The notes below the pieces were generated by a model. The model had not been told where the DNA came from. It saw only the letters and a list, made by a program, of their open reading frames with translations, and made no database searches. From the NCBI GenBank assembly GCA_965645245.1, contig OZ287076.1:744001-808000 (forward strand): a DNA stretch of 64,000 nt, written 5' to 3'. Positions 35,526 through 47,060 of this stretch are shown piece after piece; positions within the stretch are counted from its first letter, which is position 1; each line of letters opens with the position of its first letter. Source of the stretch: Massalongia carnosa. Lineage: Eukaryota. Made by a program: the position numbers and the translations under genes.

Positions 35526-36779
35526 ATGAAGCTCACGATCCTTAAGTTAACCTTGATATCTTTATCTCCATTAGTCCTATCTACCGGCATGTAGTTGTTC
35601 TTAGCCTCCGATCTCCCTACGTTTATGCCCAATTCCTGGTTACTAACGTTTGTATACAGCCCTCAGCCGTCTTGAGGTTAGCGAGAACCCAGACACCGAT
35701 CCAGGGAGCGGCGGCGGTGGTGCATCACTACCTGATCCGATAGCCAGCAATCCAGCAGGGGGAGGAGCCAGCCCAACGTCAGGTACATGCTCAAACTACT
35801 GGGACGGAACAGCGCCCTTCTGCAGCGGAGGCCCTTGCAGACCCGGATGGCACGAGGCGGCGAAAGCTAGTAACGGTAATGGCCAACCCGGCGGCTTCGG
35901 CCATTCATGCGCGTTTGGTAAGAAAGTCTACTGCGAATGTAACAGCGCCCATCCGAGCGCCTGTACTGATTACTGGAGTGGAACTGCGCCTTTCTGCTCT
36001 GGTAGCTGCGCGGGGGGTTACCACGAAGCCTTCCGGTCTAACTCGGGCACGGGAGGTTTCTGCTTCACAGGCCATAAGTCGTATTGCCAGTGCGACGGCA
36101 GTAGCAGCCAGCACCCTGGGTGCGTGATCAGCGGCCCGATCAAAACGGCCTGTTTCGGCCTGCTGCTGGTTTGCAACTCTGGCTGCAGCACCTTTGGCTG
36201 TGGCCTTTGTTTTGGGTTTAGCAGCGTCGTCAGCGGTCCAGGTTAGTCTTTATCTGGCTTCCGACTCATTCATCTCCACTTCATCCATACCCCTTCGATA
36301 TCCCCTCTTCTACCAAATCCTTCCCTGAACAGCACTCCCCGCCCATTCTAACATTTCGGCACGTCCTAGACGAAAATCTTTACGCCACCCTAGCCACCAC
36401 CGATAACAACGCCCTCCGCGCCGCTCTTCCAGACTCCGGTGTCTCCATCCCCCCCGACGCCTCCAACGAGCTCGCCGCGCAATACGCCTTTCAAGCCCTC
36501 GATGCCCAGCTATCCGCCGTTCAGGCCGTCGATCCCGTCGTCAGCTTCCCCACCTTTGAGGATGTATCGTCGTGGCATCAGGGCGCGCTGCCGGTTGTGC
36601 AGCCGCCACCGGCCGGAGGACCCCCCGCCGGCGTGGAGCCTGTGCCGGTGGGGAGTCCGCCAAATAGCCCGGTGGTACCAGTGGTGGATCCGGGGACTGG
36701 GAGCGGGGGTGGGGATCCGGGAAACGGGGGTGGAATTGGAGGGCCGCAGCCCGTCGAGTTGTTGCCGGAGCCGGTGTAG
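35526..36779 (+). CDS. Secreted Cys/Gly-rich protein with two WxGTAPFC repeats
   Basis: Exon 1 35526-35586 (signal MKLTILKLTLISLSPLVLST), GC-AG intron 35587-35659, exon 2 35660-36241, intron 36242-36369, exon 3 open to TAG at 36777-36779. Confidence 0.8.
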
Positions 36780-38372
36780 ATAGTCTGGAGTTAGGTTTTA
36801 CAAGGAATGGGCATATCTGACAAGTGGAGGGGGGAAGGTGGGAGGGTTCAAATTGAATACCCATATTGCGCGAGCGAGGTGGGTTCTAAGCACATTCCCC
36901 CAATCTTTCATCCGGCAAACACCTTCCAGCCTGGTTTACTTTTCGAAGCACCTTTCCACCGCGTAGGTTCTCTGATTGACCCAGTGAACCATCATCCCCA
37001 TCTGCATCTGACACCCTCCCCCTACTTCATTTTCATAACCATGTCAACACCCATTTCCCCGCAATCGCAACAACTACATTATCCCCCTAACTCCTCTCCG
37101 CCCCCATCAATCTCGAAATATAAATAAATTAAATCATCCCAGGGGGCATAAGTAAGCCCCAAACGCTCTCCCCGGAGCCGCGGAGTATCGAAGGAGGATA
37201 GATATAAACCGTACGTGCAAATAAACCCCCTGTCAATTCCCACGTCTCGATCCTCGATTCTTGGGAGCATACCGAATTCCATGATTGGTTAGGTCGGGTA
37301 GGGTACCTATGAGATTAGGTTGGATTAGGTAATTGAAGCGTAGATCCTCGGTTTCGAGAAAGCGCACTCGAAAGTACGGTAGGTAGGTAGGGTAGACATG
37401 AATAGCAGCAGTGTGGATGGATGGAGTTCTGTTTTGGCTATCTACACATGCGAAAATCGTTGCGCAAAATACATCGCTGTAAGTCGCATTAATTTTTATG
37501 CAAAGTCTTTTCACTCTCGTGACAAAGAAGCTTTGAATATTCGTAGTTGACCGTCCATCCTCGAGTCCTTCATCGGGATTTTCCGATCCTGGAAATATCA
37601 ATAACTGATTTGTTCATAAAAATGAAGGGGTTTTCCCTCTGCAACCCATAGGATGGACTTGAAGTCCGAAATCCGGGGGTTATCAATAGGATTCGGCTGT
37701 GTGCGGAGCACCCACGTAGGCACCTAGTTAGCTATCCGGGTGGCTGTACTCTGTACGTTTGGTAGTTGGTTCGGTAAGTTCATTGACTCTTCATTTTAGC
37801 TACTCTGGTAGCTAAGTAGGCGTTTGGCTTTGCGTTGTACATCTAGCTATCCGGCATTGGGAGAGAAATAACCAATAAGAGAACGAAGAATGAATTGGTC
37901 GTCAAGCAAAAACAGCTGGACTCGATGATCGACGGCTGGAGGCTAAAGCGGCCGATTAGACAACTAGGTGAATAATGTCCCGATAGCATACAAGTATCGA
38001 AACCAAAGCATACTCCATACACTGTATCGAGTAAGTGAAGGTATCTATTTCCTTACGTTTGATGAACAAGAAAACGTCGCAGTCCGTTCTTGTCCCTCCA
38101 CAACTATATTGCCGAATCGAACTAGCCTGATATGAGGGGTAGCAACTTCCAGGAGCACGCGTTGGGGAAAGGGGTCTTAAAAGAAAACCCACATCTTCTA
38201 TCCCAAACAGATTGTTCTCCCAAGGTCCCCCATTAATACTGTTTTGGTTTACCAGGCTCAGTCCGTAGGGACCCGCTTAGAAAAAAGTATTTCAAAACGG
38301 CTTTCTTCACTGGGGAACATATGATGGGTAATATTAACTTACACGTGTATATCTTTACCCTTACCACAGCCA

Positions 38373-39823
38373 TCATAGCTTGCTGTACCTTGTTTCCGAC
38401 ACCGGAGTGAGAAGCGTCCCTTCTTCTAGCGCGTGGCGGACATTCGCTATCACAAGGCTTTCCATTTTGTGCTGCACAGCAAAACGCCAGGATTGGTCAG
38501 CTTGGCCGTTTTGCAAGAAGAAGCCTATCCTCCCGGTAGAAATGGAAATCCAGAAAAGGTAGAGGAATCGTAAAAAACCCGCCCCTTGAGAGAATATAAC
38601 AAAAGAGATGCCAAAGACAATAGGGCATACAGGAAATATGGGGGAAGATAAGGAAACATACCTGGGTCTCATAAGTAGCCGTTCCCACATGCGGTAGCAA
38701 AACCACGTTCTCGCTACCCACCAGCCCTTCGCTAACCTCCGGCTCTTTTTCGTACACATCCAAACCTGCCCCAAAAACTTTTCCGCTCTGCACCGCCTCC
38801 ACCAAAGCCTTTTCGTCGATGATTGGCCCTCGCGCTGTATTGACAATAACGACCCCCTCCTTCATCATAGCAAACTCCTTTTTCCCAATTAAACCTCTCG
38901 TGCTCTGGCACAGTGGTAGATGCACGCTGATAGCATCGCTCGTCCTCAGCAACGTGGCAAAATCCACATATTTAGCACCAAAGGGATTCTGGTCGGCTGG
39001 AACTGGGCGACGGTTGTGATATTGAATCTTGAAATCAAAGGCGACGGCTCGACGAGCTACGGCAGACCCGATCCCGCCCATGCCGAGAATGCCAAGCGTT
39101 TTGCCCTCTGGGTCGTGTCCCAAACCCATGTGACCACGCCACTGACCGGAGCGGAGAGCTAACGTAGGGATGTGGATTCGGCGAAGAGCTCCGAGGAGCA
39201 GATAGAGGGCCGTGTTTGCTGTAGAAGCATCGACCGCACCAGGGGTGTTTGATACGGAAATACCTGAACAAGCATCGGGGTTAAATTCGACCGTGAAAGC
39301 TCGTTCATAAATGGTATAAAATACCTCGGGTGGTACATGCATCCGCATCGATCTGGTCATAACCAGCGCCATTGTGGGAGATAAATTGCAGACTTCGCGG
39401 GAGTGCATCGACAAGCTCTTGGTCAAACCTTCCGGTCAGCTGTAGAGGATTAGGAAACTCGAATTTCGGGTCAATGGGATTTCCCAAGGGTCATGGCAGG
39501 CACCTGGATAGAATCATAGGTCCTAGAGATGACCAACACTCCATCGTAAACACCAGATCTACAGTCGTTGAGAAACTGCTCTCGGCAGCCATCACTAACT
39601 TGCTAGGCGGCGGAGAAGTGTTCATTAGCTCTCCAGTCGGTTACCATGGTTCGCGCGGATAGTTTAGTGAAGATAAAGTGTGAAAACTTGGTCAAGGGCT
39701 AGTAGATTGCGTTTGGCCTACCCGTAGCTCCGCGATGGCTGCTAAGGCAGCCCACTCGGATTTGGCAAATTGTATCTCCCCAAGCAGGAGCACAGCTGGC
39801 AGTGAGGTCTTTGACGAAGACAT
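38373..39823 (-). CDS. D-isomer-specific 2-hydroxyacid dehydrogenase (glyoxylate/hydroxypyruvate reductase-like)
   Basis: SHNGAGYDQID, GILGMGGIG, VNTARGPIIDE, GLDVYEKEP, LLPHVGT motifs; multi-intron gene beginning MSSSKTSLPAVLLLGEI and ending RYSKL*. Confidence 0.92.
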
Positions 39824-41199
39824 GGTGAAGGCATGAAATGCTGCGAAACGGATATGGGTTTGGGTAAAAGAGTCACAAAAGAGTGGACAAGCTTGAGAGG
39901 AGGATACTGGTGAGCGTCTCCCTTGTCGTGGGTCATGGATGTTTAATGTTACCTTATCGAGCTTATGTAGAACGCAGGTCCAGACTGGCCCTGTTCAAAG
40001 TATGGAATGGAAAGGAATGGGCATGGCCCTGATGGTTGCAGAGCCATCCCGATCCTCTTGAGTGACTTATGCCATAATGCTAATCGGGAAAGATATAGCC
40101 CGTGGTCTGATTAGGTCCTAGCGGCATAATTATCGCCGTATTCTTGCTTGTTCACACGACAGCGACAGGCCTTTGACGGCATTAACTTCAAGTTGCGCGT
40201 GGGGGTACAGAAAAAGGTGGGGTGCCTTGGCAGTACTCTGGTTACTCGCATGTCTTTTCCGCATGGTATGTGTAACGTTACACATTAGTTACCTCGTAAG
40301 AAGAGATGATCTTAAAATACCTTATCGTAAGGTACCTGCCGCCACCAGTCGAAGCAAAATATGCTAGAGGTTGTTCAATCCAATTGGGAGTGCGTCTCTT
40401 CTTCGCTGACCAGATATATTTCCGGTGCGCGTTCACTGCATTGACTTTTGTGTTTCAATGCTGATAGACCGGATTAACGATTAAATCTATCTCTTCTTAT
40501 AAGTAAGCAGGGGTGAATTGCCTGCGACGCTTGTTGGTTCTATAAACCAATACTAATAGAGCTTGGGCAAACATGGCACGGAGTACTCTGTACCCTACAG
40601 AGTACGCAAGGCAACTAGCATGCAGCAAGACGGATACGTTAATAGATCATTCATCCACTCCATTCAACCTGCATTGAGCAATAATTCACGATGTTCGCTT
40701 GAAGTATCTACATCAGCTCCTAGAATCTGTTACTTTTCTAGTTGACAATACCTGGTTCTGTGCCCGGAGCTATACCCACGACCTACCTATACATGCTGGA
40801 CAAATTTTGTCAATGCAATCTCCTCCCTTATTATGGTAAATCGACACCATCTGAGATATTTCATACGTAGATTTCATATTTGCTGCTGCTTTGGCCGTGT
40901 TGATGCTACAGACACCTTCTACCAGAGGTGTTTCGCATCTGATTGGCAGATGGAAGTATTCCAGGCTACACCAGATAGGTTGCCTATTTGAATTTGATCC
41001 TAGCCTCGATATTGGTGCATTAGATATCTCCGCCGCATATCAGCATAGCTTAGCTGAGAAAGGATCTTGCATTCATCTTTAGTGTGCTCTCTGGACGACG
41101 ACGAACACAGATCCCGACGACACCATGTCGGCTATGTGTATCGCTGCTTTTTACCCGTATCATCTTCGTCGCCTTCTTCGCAACCCAGGCTAATGATTA

Positions 41200-42570
41200 T
41201 CCTCTGTACCACGGTCAGAGCAAAATTTCCACAACTGCTTTGAAGGCTAAAGATTCACTTGGATCAGCGGATAGAATACCTTTGCTATCTCTATGGAATT
41301 ATGAAGCCACGTCCGAACCATCACCACAACTCCCATTATCAAAGCATTATTCATCAAACAGGAACGCAACTGGCAAACCTAGCGTCTCGGTTAAAATGCT
41401 TAAGAGTTGCTTCTTTGAAGCGCTTTGAAGAGCCAGCTTCAAATATTCGTGGGCTTAGCGGGAAGGACGCGAATATGACAGAAATGAGACCATGTTCCTC
41501 GGCGGAGAACAGCCTCTGGAGACTCTATAGTATGTACACAGAGCAGAGTTGTCCTCCGCCTACCTGCTGCGTCTTCTGTTTGAAGCAAAGTATCACTTCT
41601 GGCTACCTTAGCTTTGCTCAAGGCATAGATTTCCCGCTTCCAGTTTGACTTGCAGTTGCCTGCAGTAAATTTTGCTAGTGTGAACGCAGACGCGCCTCTT
41701 TGATATGTGATCTCAAATATACTCTCATGATTACTGTTCGAAACAGTTATCGGTATTGTCAGATGAAATGCAGCTTATTTGTCAAGCGATTTTTATAACG
41801 TTCTTAGGCGAGCAGTCTAAATGAACTCCTTAACCTGCGATATGTTAGTGAAGGTATGGGATGTAATCGCTGAAGTCTTCATACCTTGAAGGCTTCAAGG
41901 TTAGCGCCGGTGGTGCCCTCTTATCGAACAGATGCTGAGCAGTATCTTGGTGCCTAAAGGCTCTGCAAAAGGGTGGCTGGGCTATTTCCATCCTGATCCT
42001 CATCCTTCTATTTTGGCAGAAGGTCTCAATGTGAGTTTGAAAGAGAAACGTCCAAAAAGCGCCTCGGCGATGAAGCAAACGCTAAAAGCGTCCTCGAGTT
42101 CATTTTGAAGGGGTTTTGCTGCCATCCATGGATTGTTCAAGAAGCAGTTGTTATGCAGTTAGTGGTCTCATACCTCATTGGAGTTCAGGGAATTCGAAAA
42201 AGGGTGTGAGTTTAACAAGCTGAGGATATACATTCATTCAAATAATCTTTCTATGTGACTTCTCTTCGATCGGCAATTTGTGCTCGAGTCATGCGAAGTC
42301 TCCTACTGCCATAACGAATTCTTCTCCGCATTTAGCATTTTACTAACCCTACACTAGCAGACAGAGATCCAGCTTGAAGACGAGCACGATAAAGCCAAAG
42401 ATCTGATACGAAAGCTCATTGTGCTCATCACTTACGAGGAAAAAGCTGTTGGCCAACTCGCCAGCGAGGTCAGCTACTTTTGCGATACTCCAAACTGAAA
42501 GAAGTAAGCATCGGGTTGCTGGAGAGTGCATGGATTGTACCGACAACATACTAGAACCGAAGCTACTAGA
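41200..42570 (+). pseudogene. Possible strongly decayed HET-domain (HET-6-like) gene
   Basis: Ordered degenerate fragments on + strand: DRIPLLSL, FEAL*, FCLKQ, HPWIVQEAVV, LTRKKLLANSP, FAILQ...HRVAGECM, with many stops/frameshifts. Confidence 0.35.
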
Positions 42571-43382
42571 AATCAAATTAGCATGCAGGAAATTCTATAG
42601 AGAGCTCAGCATCAGTTCTAGATTCATTGATTTTCCAAACAAGGTCTGAGTATCTTTCCACAAAGGATGTGACTTCGAAGCTTATCATATGAACGGAACA
42701 AGGTTAAGGATATGGAATACATCAACGATTAAGAGTAAATAAGGGTACTTCGTATATATAGTGCCTTCGCGAAATGAAACCGGACATAGACAATAGATAC
42801 TCTCATGGTATCTAGCGCTGGGAAACAAGTTTTAATGTGGCCGTGAGTAAAACCGGTAGTTAGTCAGCCAGCGTTTATTTCTGTTGAATCTTGGCTGACT
42901 TTTTTAAGCGAGGATGCGAGTCCAGTCCTACCCCCTATGTATAATCCGAAGAAGCGGCCAATATCACAAGGGGAATGAAAGCAGTAGAGATTGTGACGGT
43001 TCAACCAGGATTTTAAAATTGACTATCTACTGGGAAGCTATGCACTAGAAAATATCAAAGATGCAGAAAGGAAACAAGCAAAAGGTGCTCTCTCCAGGAG
43101 TCTATATAGATAATCGCTTGGCCCGATCCAGCTGCTTGTGTCTCTATCAATAAGTGAGCAATTTGGTCAAACAGTCTTTCTGCCCTTTGTCCCTTTCATC
43201 CATTTGTGTTTGCTTAGAAGGTCGTTCCGGCCTGCTAGGTCAGAAACCTCTACATGGTGCAGGCTATCAAGACCTCCTCGGAGGTGGCCAATATCTGATC
43301 ATCGCCAACGCTGAAGCCCACCTCGGTGGCCGTTTGAATGATCAACGTCTCTACTGATCATTCACCACTTCGAAGGCATACA

Positions 43383-43613
43383 AAGCCCATTTATTCGGAA
43401 TGACCACACCCCTCAGGCGGAAGCCTTTCACCTCATCGAAAAAGCCTCATCGAAAAAGCCTCATCGAAAAAGCCCATTTAGTCGAAATGGCCACACCCCC
43501 CAGGCGGAAGCGTTTCACCTCATCGAAAAAGTCCATTCAGTCGGAATGGCCACACCCCCCAGGCGGAAGCCTCTCACCTCATCGAAAAAGCCCATTCATT
43601 CGGAATGGCCACA
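43383..43613. repeat. Minisatellite, ~59-bp unit x ~3.5 with an internal 14-bp triplication
   Basis: AAAGCCCATT(T/C)A(T/G)TCGGAATGGCCACACCCC..CAGGCGGAAGC..TCACCTCATCGAAA units; CCTCATCGAAAAAG x3 in the first unit. Confidence 0.92.
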
Positions 43614-44490
43614 TTTTCACATCTTCATTTATACGACACCACGATCTGCCCTCGATCATGGCCAGTCTATCATCTATTGAGCCAAACCGGTTAAAGAGAG
43701 AGAATGTTCGTCGAACGTGTGGAGATACACTGTCTAGTTCATCGGGTCTACAGGATTCCTAGCGCTTGAAGATCTGGGTGTATGCACCGCGTGGTAGAAG
43801 AACGATCTCGTTGCGTTCAATATGGAATGAAAGGGAGTGGTTTTACCCTGGGGGCCAGGTTTCCACTTCCTGACTGTTTTTTATGTACATAAATAGCAGT
43901 CACAGCGTCATATCCTAAGGATGCATACGCTTAATGAATAAATAAATAAAAAAAAAGGTCGTTCCGATGCGTCCCTTTCCCAAAAATGGACTGGGTAACG
44001 GAAGTGGTTAGTGCGCCGGCAGATGCCGTACTTTCCTTTGATTGGCCTTGGGTGGATGTGGTTGAACCGTGACAGAGTACGGAGGTACTCCATACAGAGT
44101 ACTCCGTACTTCGTACTCTGTGCCTAGAAGGTTAACGTGACTGAATCTCTCCTATGGTAACGACAATCCCTAGCATGCGATAAGGTACGCCTCGAATCGG
44201 AAAATGCGTTTTCCAATGAACCAATCATGAACTATATTCCACGTGCCATACCAAGTTGCTTTCGTGGCAGATTGATACTTGGTTACCTCCTGGGTGTAAG
44301 ATCTAATGGACCAGCCTCATCAAGTAAAGCCGTAACCTAGGGAGTACTAGTTATGTATTATATAGGGATCTAACACACACCCTTTTTGACAATCTTATTG
44401 TTTAGGGTAACACCCTTGAATGAGCTAATCGAATCAGGTATAAATTCCCCTCGGTGCACAAACAACCGGAGAAAATCTTGAACAGCTGTA

Positions 44491-47060
44491 ATCGTCGGCT
44501 CGCTTACCTCCGGGATCCGACTTGAAAAAATGTCGACCGCATTTTAGTCGGGGAAAGCGGTTGCATCCCGGAAAGCGGTTGCATCCCCCCAAATTCAAAT
44601 TTCTTCACCTTTTTGATTATTGACCAACAACCACATTGATTAAAAATCAGCCGATACCGTACATAGCTTGAAAATTATTTCTCCGACCCAACTGATCATC
44701 AATTCAAATTCTTTCCTCTCGAATCAATCCCCCAAACCAATCTCCCCTTTCGTATCATGGATAACGACGCCTCCCTTGTCTCCACTCTCAACCCCATGGA
44801 AAGATTGGAAAAGGCGAAGGAATTTCTGACAAATCATCCCAAAGAAAGTAAAACGACTGCAGCTAGAATCTACAATATCAACGTCAAAACTTTGACGTCT
44901 TCCATTCGTCGACCAGAAGGGAGGAAAAATGGAGGACAAAATCAGATACTGAGGGAGCATGAGGCAAGGTCAATTACTGGCTTTATTAAGTCCTTATTGA
45001 TGCATGGAATTCTTCCTACACATCAGATGGTTTTCAAGGCTATTGTAAGTCTGAAAAAGGCCCATAATCCCCTCGAGGTAGGCCCGTCAAGAAGATGGTT
45101 TCGGAGCTGGTGGAAATGTAACAAACTTCATAAAATAAAGACAAAACCACTAGCAATGATTCGTTATGAAGCTGCCCAAGAATCAGATGTGATAGAATGG
45201 TTTGAAAGGTATAGAGAGGTGTTGAAAGAGTTGAAAATTCGAAAAAGTCGGAACGTTTTGAACTTTGATGAAGCTGGTTTTCGGGTTGGATGCATGAGGG
45301 GTCAGGAAATCATTGTTCCTGAGGAAATCAAACAATTCTACGCCGTCAGCCCGGAAAATCGCAGATCTGCGACAGTTATTGAGACTATCAATGCTGCCGG
45401 CGACTATCCCCCCCCTCCAATGATCATCGTACAGGGTCATGACATCATGGCCACATGGTTTTTAGAAGGTGTGCCCGAGGGCACGTATGTCGTGCCCTCA
45501 AACAGTGGTTTTACATCTGATAAGATAGCAATTGAATATTTGAAGCATCTTATCAAACATACAAATGCAGGACCTGATGCGGAATGGCAATTATTGCTGA
45601 TAGATAATCATGGCAGTCATACAACCCCTGAATTTTCACTTTTGGCCAATGAGAATCGCATTCGACCCTTTCCCTTTATACCGCATTTAACTCATTGCAT
45701 GCAACCATTGGATGTGGGCGTATTTCAGCCTTATAAGCATTGGCATTGCAAAGCTATTGAGGAAGTCGTTGCGTCGTCATTTGTCGAGTATTCTCTGTCT
45801 CAATTTATACAGGACTTGACCAAAATCAGAAATCATACATTCAAGACTTCTACGATTCGGCATGCATTTGAAAAGTCGGGAATGTGGCCGATTGATCCAA
45901 AGGCATGCATTCGTCAGCTGAAAAATTTCAATCCCAATGATCCCAATGATTCATTAAACAGTCTGAATACGAATAATGAGCCCTCATTACCTCTACCCCC
46001 ACCTCGTCAAATCCAACAGACAAAAGTAGCTGACATTGAGTATAGTTTGAGTCAATGGAGACCGAAAATCGGAAATTCCATGCAATGGAGTGATCCCGCT
46101 CGGGCTGAGGAATGGGACTTATTTGTAGACAATACAAATGAAGTTGTTTCGAATACGATTATCGATGGCATGGAGCTGGAAATGCATCGAGAATCAAGAA
46201 GAAGTCAGTTAAATAACAGTCGAATGTCTCGTAAACGTCTGAGACCAGAAACCGGAAGATTGGGAATCACAGCGGAAGATGCAAAGCAGGCTATAGCCAT
46301 CAGACTACAACAGGATCAAGAGGCTGAGGAGAAACGAGCGAATAATAGCTTCATGAAGCTATGGCGAATAGAAAGAGACGAAATGCATGTCAAGGGATTG
46401 GCTGCTCGAAAAGCAGAAAGAGATCGAGTTAAACAGCTGAAAGAAATGCAGAAAATGCTCGGTCCCATTCCAATTAAGATGTGTGAGAAGATTCTTGACC
46501 CCGAGGCATTATGGAAGGCCACGAATGAGGTATGGATAGCTGAGGAAGCGAAGAAGGAAATTAGAAAGAATCCGCGTGCCAATGTCAATGAGGAAGATGT
46601 CACGTTTATCGTAGATAGCACTGGTCATGGAGATAATTCAATCCTTCCAGATCTTCCAGAAGGAGAAACATGGCTACGAGATGATTTCGTATCTTTCGAT
46701 TTGGAAGAATCATTGAAAGAATTCGATTCGGAAGCATCTTTTCAACCAGGAGATGCGAATGATTGTTAGAATGCGGGGTATGCGGGGTATGCGGAGTAAG
46801 CGGAGAATCACGAGGGTCAGGGGGTCAGGGGAGTCAAGGGAAATGATTTTGACGACGGTGATGATGACGGCGATGATTTTCAAGCTATGTACGGTATCGG
46901 CTGATTTTTAATCAATGTGGTTGTTGGTCAATGATCAAAAAGATGAAGAAATTTGAATTTGGGGGGATGCAACCGCTTTCCGGGATGCAACCGCTTTCCC
47001 CGACTAAAATGCGGTCGACATTTTTTCAAGTCGGATCCCGGAGGTAAGCGAGCCGACGAT
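44491..47060 (+). mobile_element. Intact Fot1/pogo (Tc1/mariner superfamily) DNA transposon
   Basis: 185-bp TIRs (44491-44675 and 46876-47060; two mismatches seen), TA on both flanks (44489-44490, 47061-47062), single uninterrupted transposase ORF. Confidence 0.97.
44757..46769 (+). CDS. Fot1/pogo transposase (HTH + DDE_1, DD35D)
   Basis: N-terminal HTH (SKTTAARIYNI), NFDEAGF, LLLIDNHGSH, QPLDVGVFQPYK with 35 residues between second and third Asp. Confidence 0.96.
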   Translation: MDNDASLVSTLNPMERLEKAKEFLTNHPKESKTTAARIYNINVKTLTSSIRRPEGRKNGGQNQILREHEARSITGFIKSLLMHGILPTHQMVFKAIVSLKKAHNPLEVGPSRRWFRSWWKCNKLHKIKTKPLAMIRYEAAQESDVIEWFERYREVLKELKIRKSRNVLNFDEAGFRVGCMRGQEIIVPEEIKQFYAVSPENRRSATVIETINAAGDYPPPPMIIVQGHDIMATWFLEGVPEGTYVVPSNSGFTSDKIAIEYLKHLIKHTNAGPDAEWQLLLIDNHGSHTTPEFSLLANENRIRPFPFIPHLTHCMQPLDVGVFQPYKHWHCKAIEEVVASSFVEYSLSQFIQDLTKIRNHTFKTSTIRHAFEKSGMWPIDPKACIRQLKNFNPNDPNDSLNSLNTNNEPSLPLPPPRQIQQTKVADIEYSLSQWRPKIGNSMQWSDPARAEEWDLFVDNTNEVVSNTIIDGMELEMHRESRRSQLNNSRMSRKRLRPETGRLGITAEDAKQAIAIRLQQDQEAEEKRANNSFMKLWRIERDEMHVKGLAARKAERDRVKQLKEMQKMLGPIPIKMCEKILDPEALWKATNEVWIAEEAKKEIRKNPRANVNEEDVTFIVDSTGHGDNSILPDLPEGETWLRDDFVSFDLEESLKEFDSEASFQPGDANDC

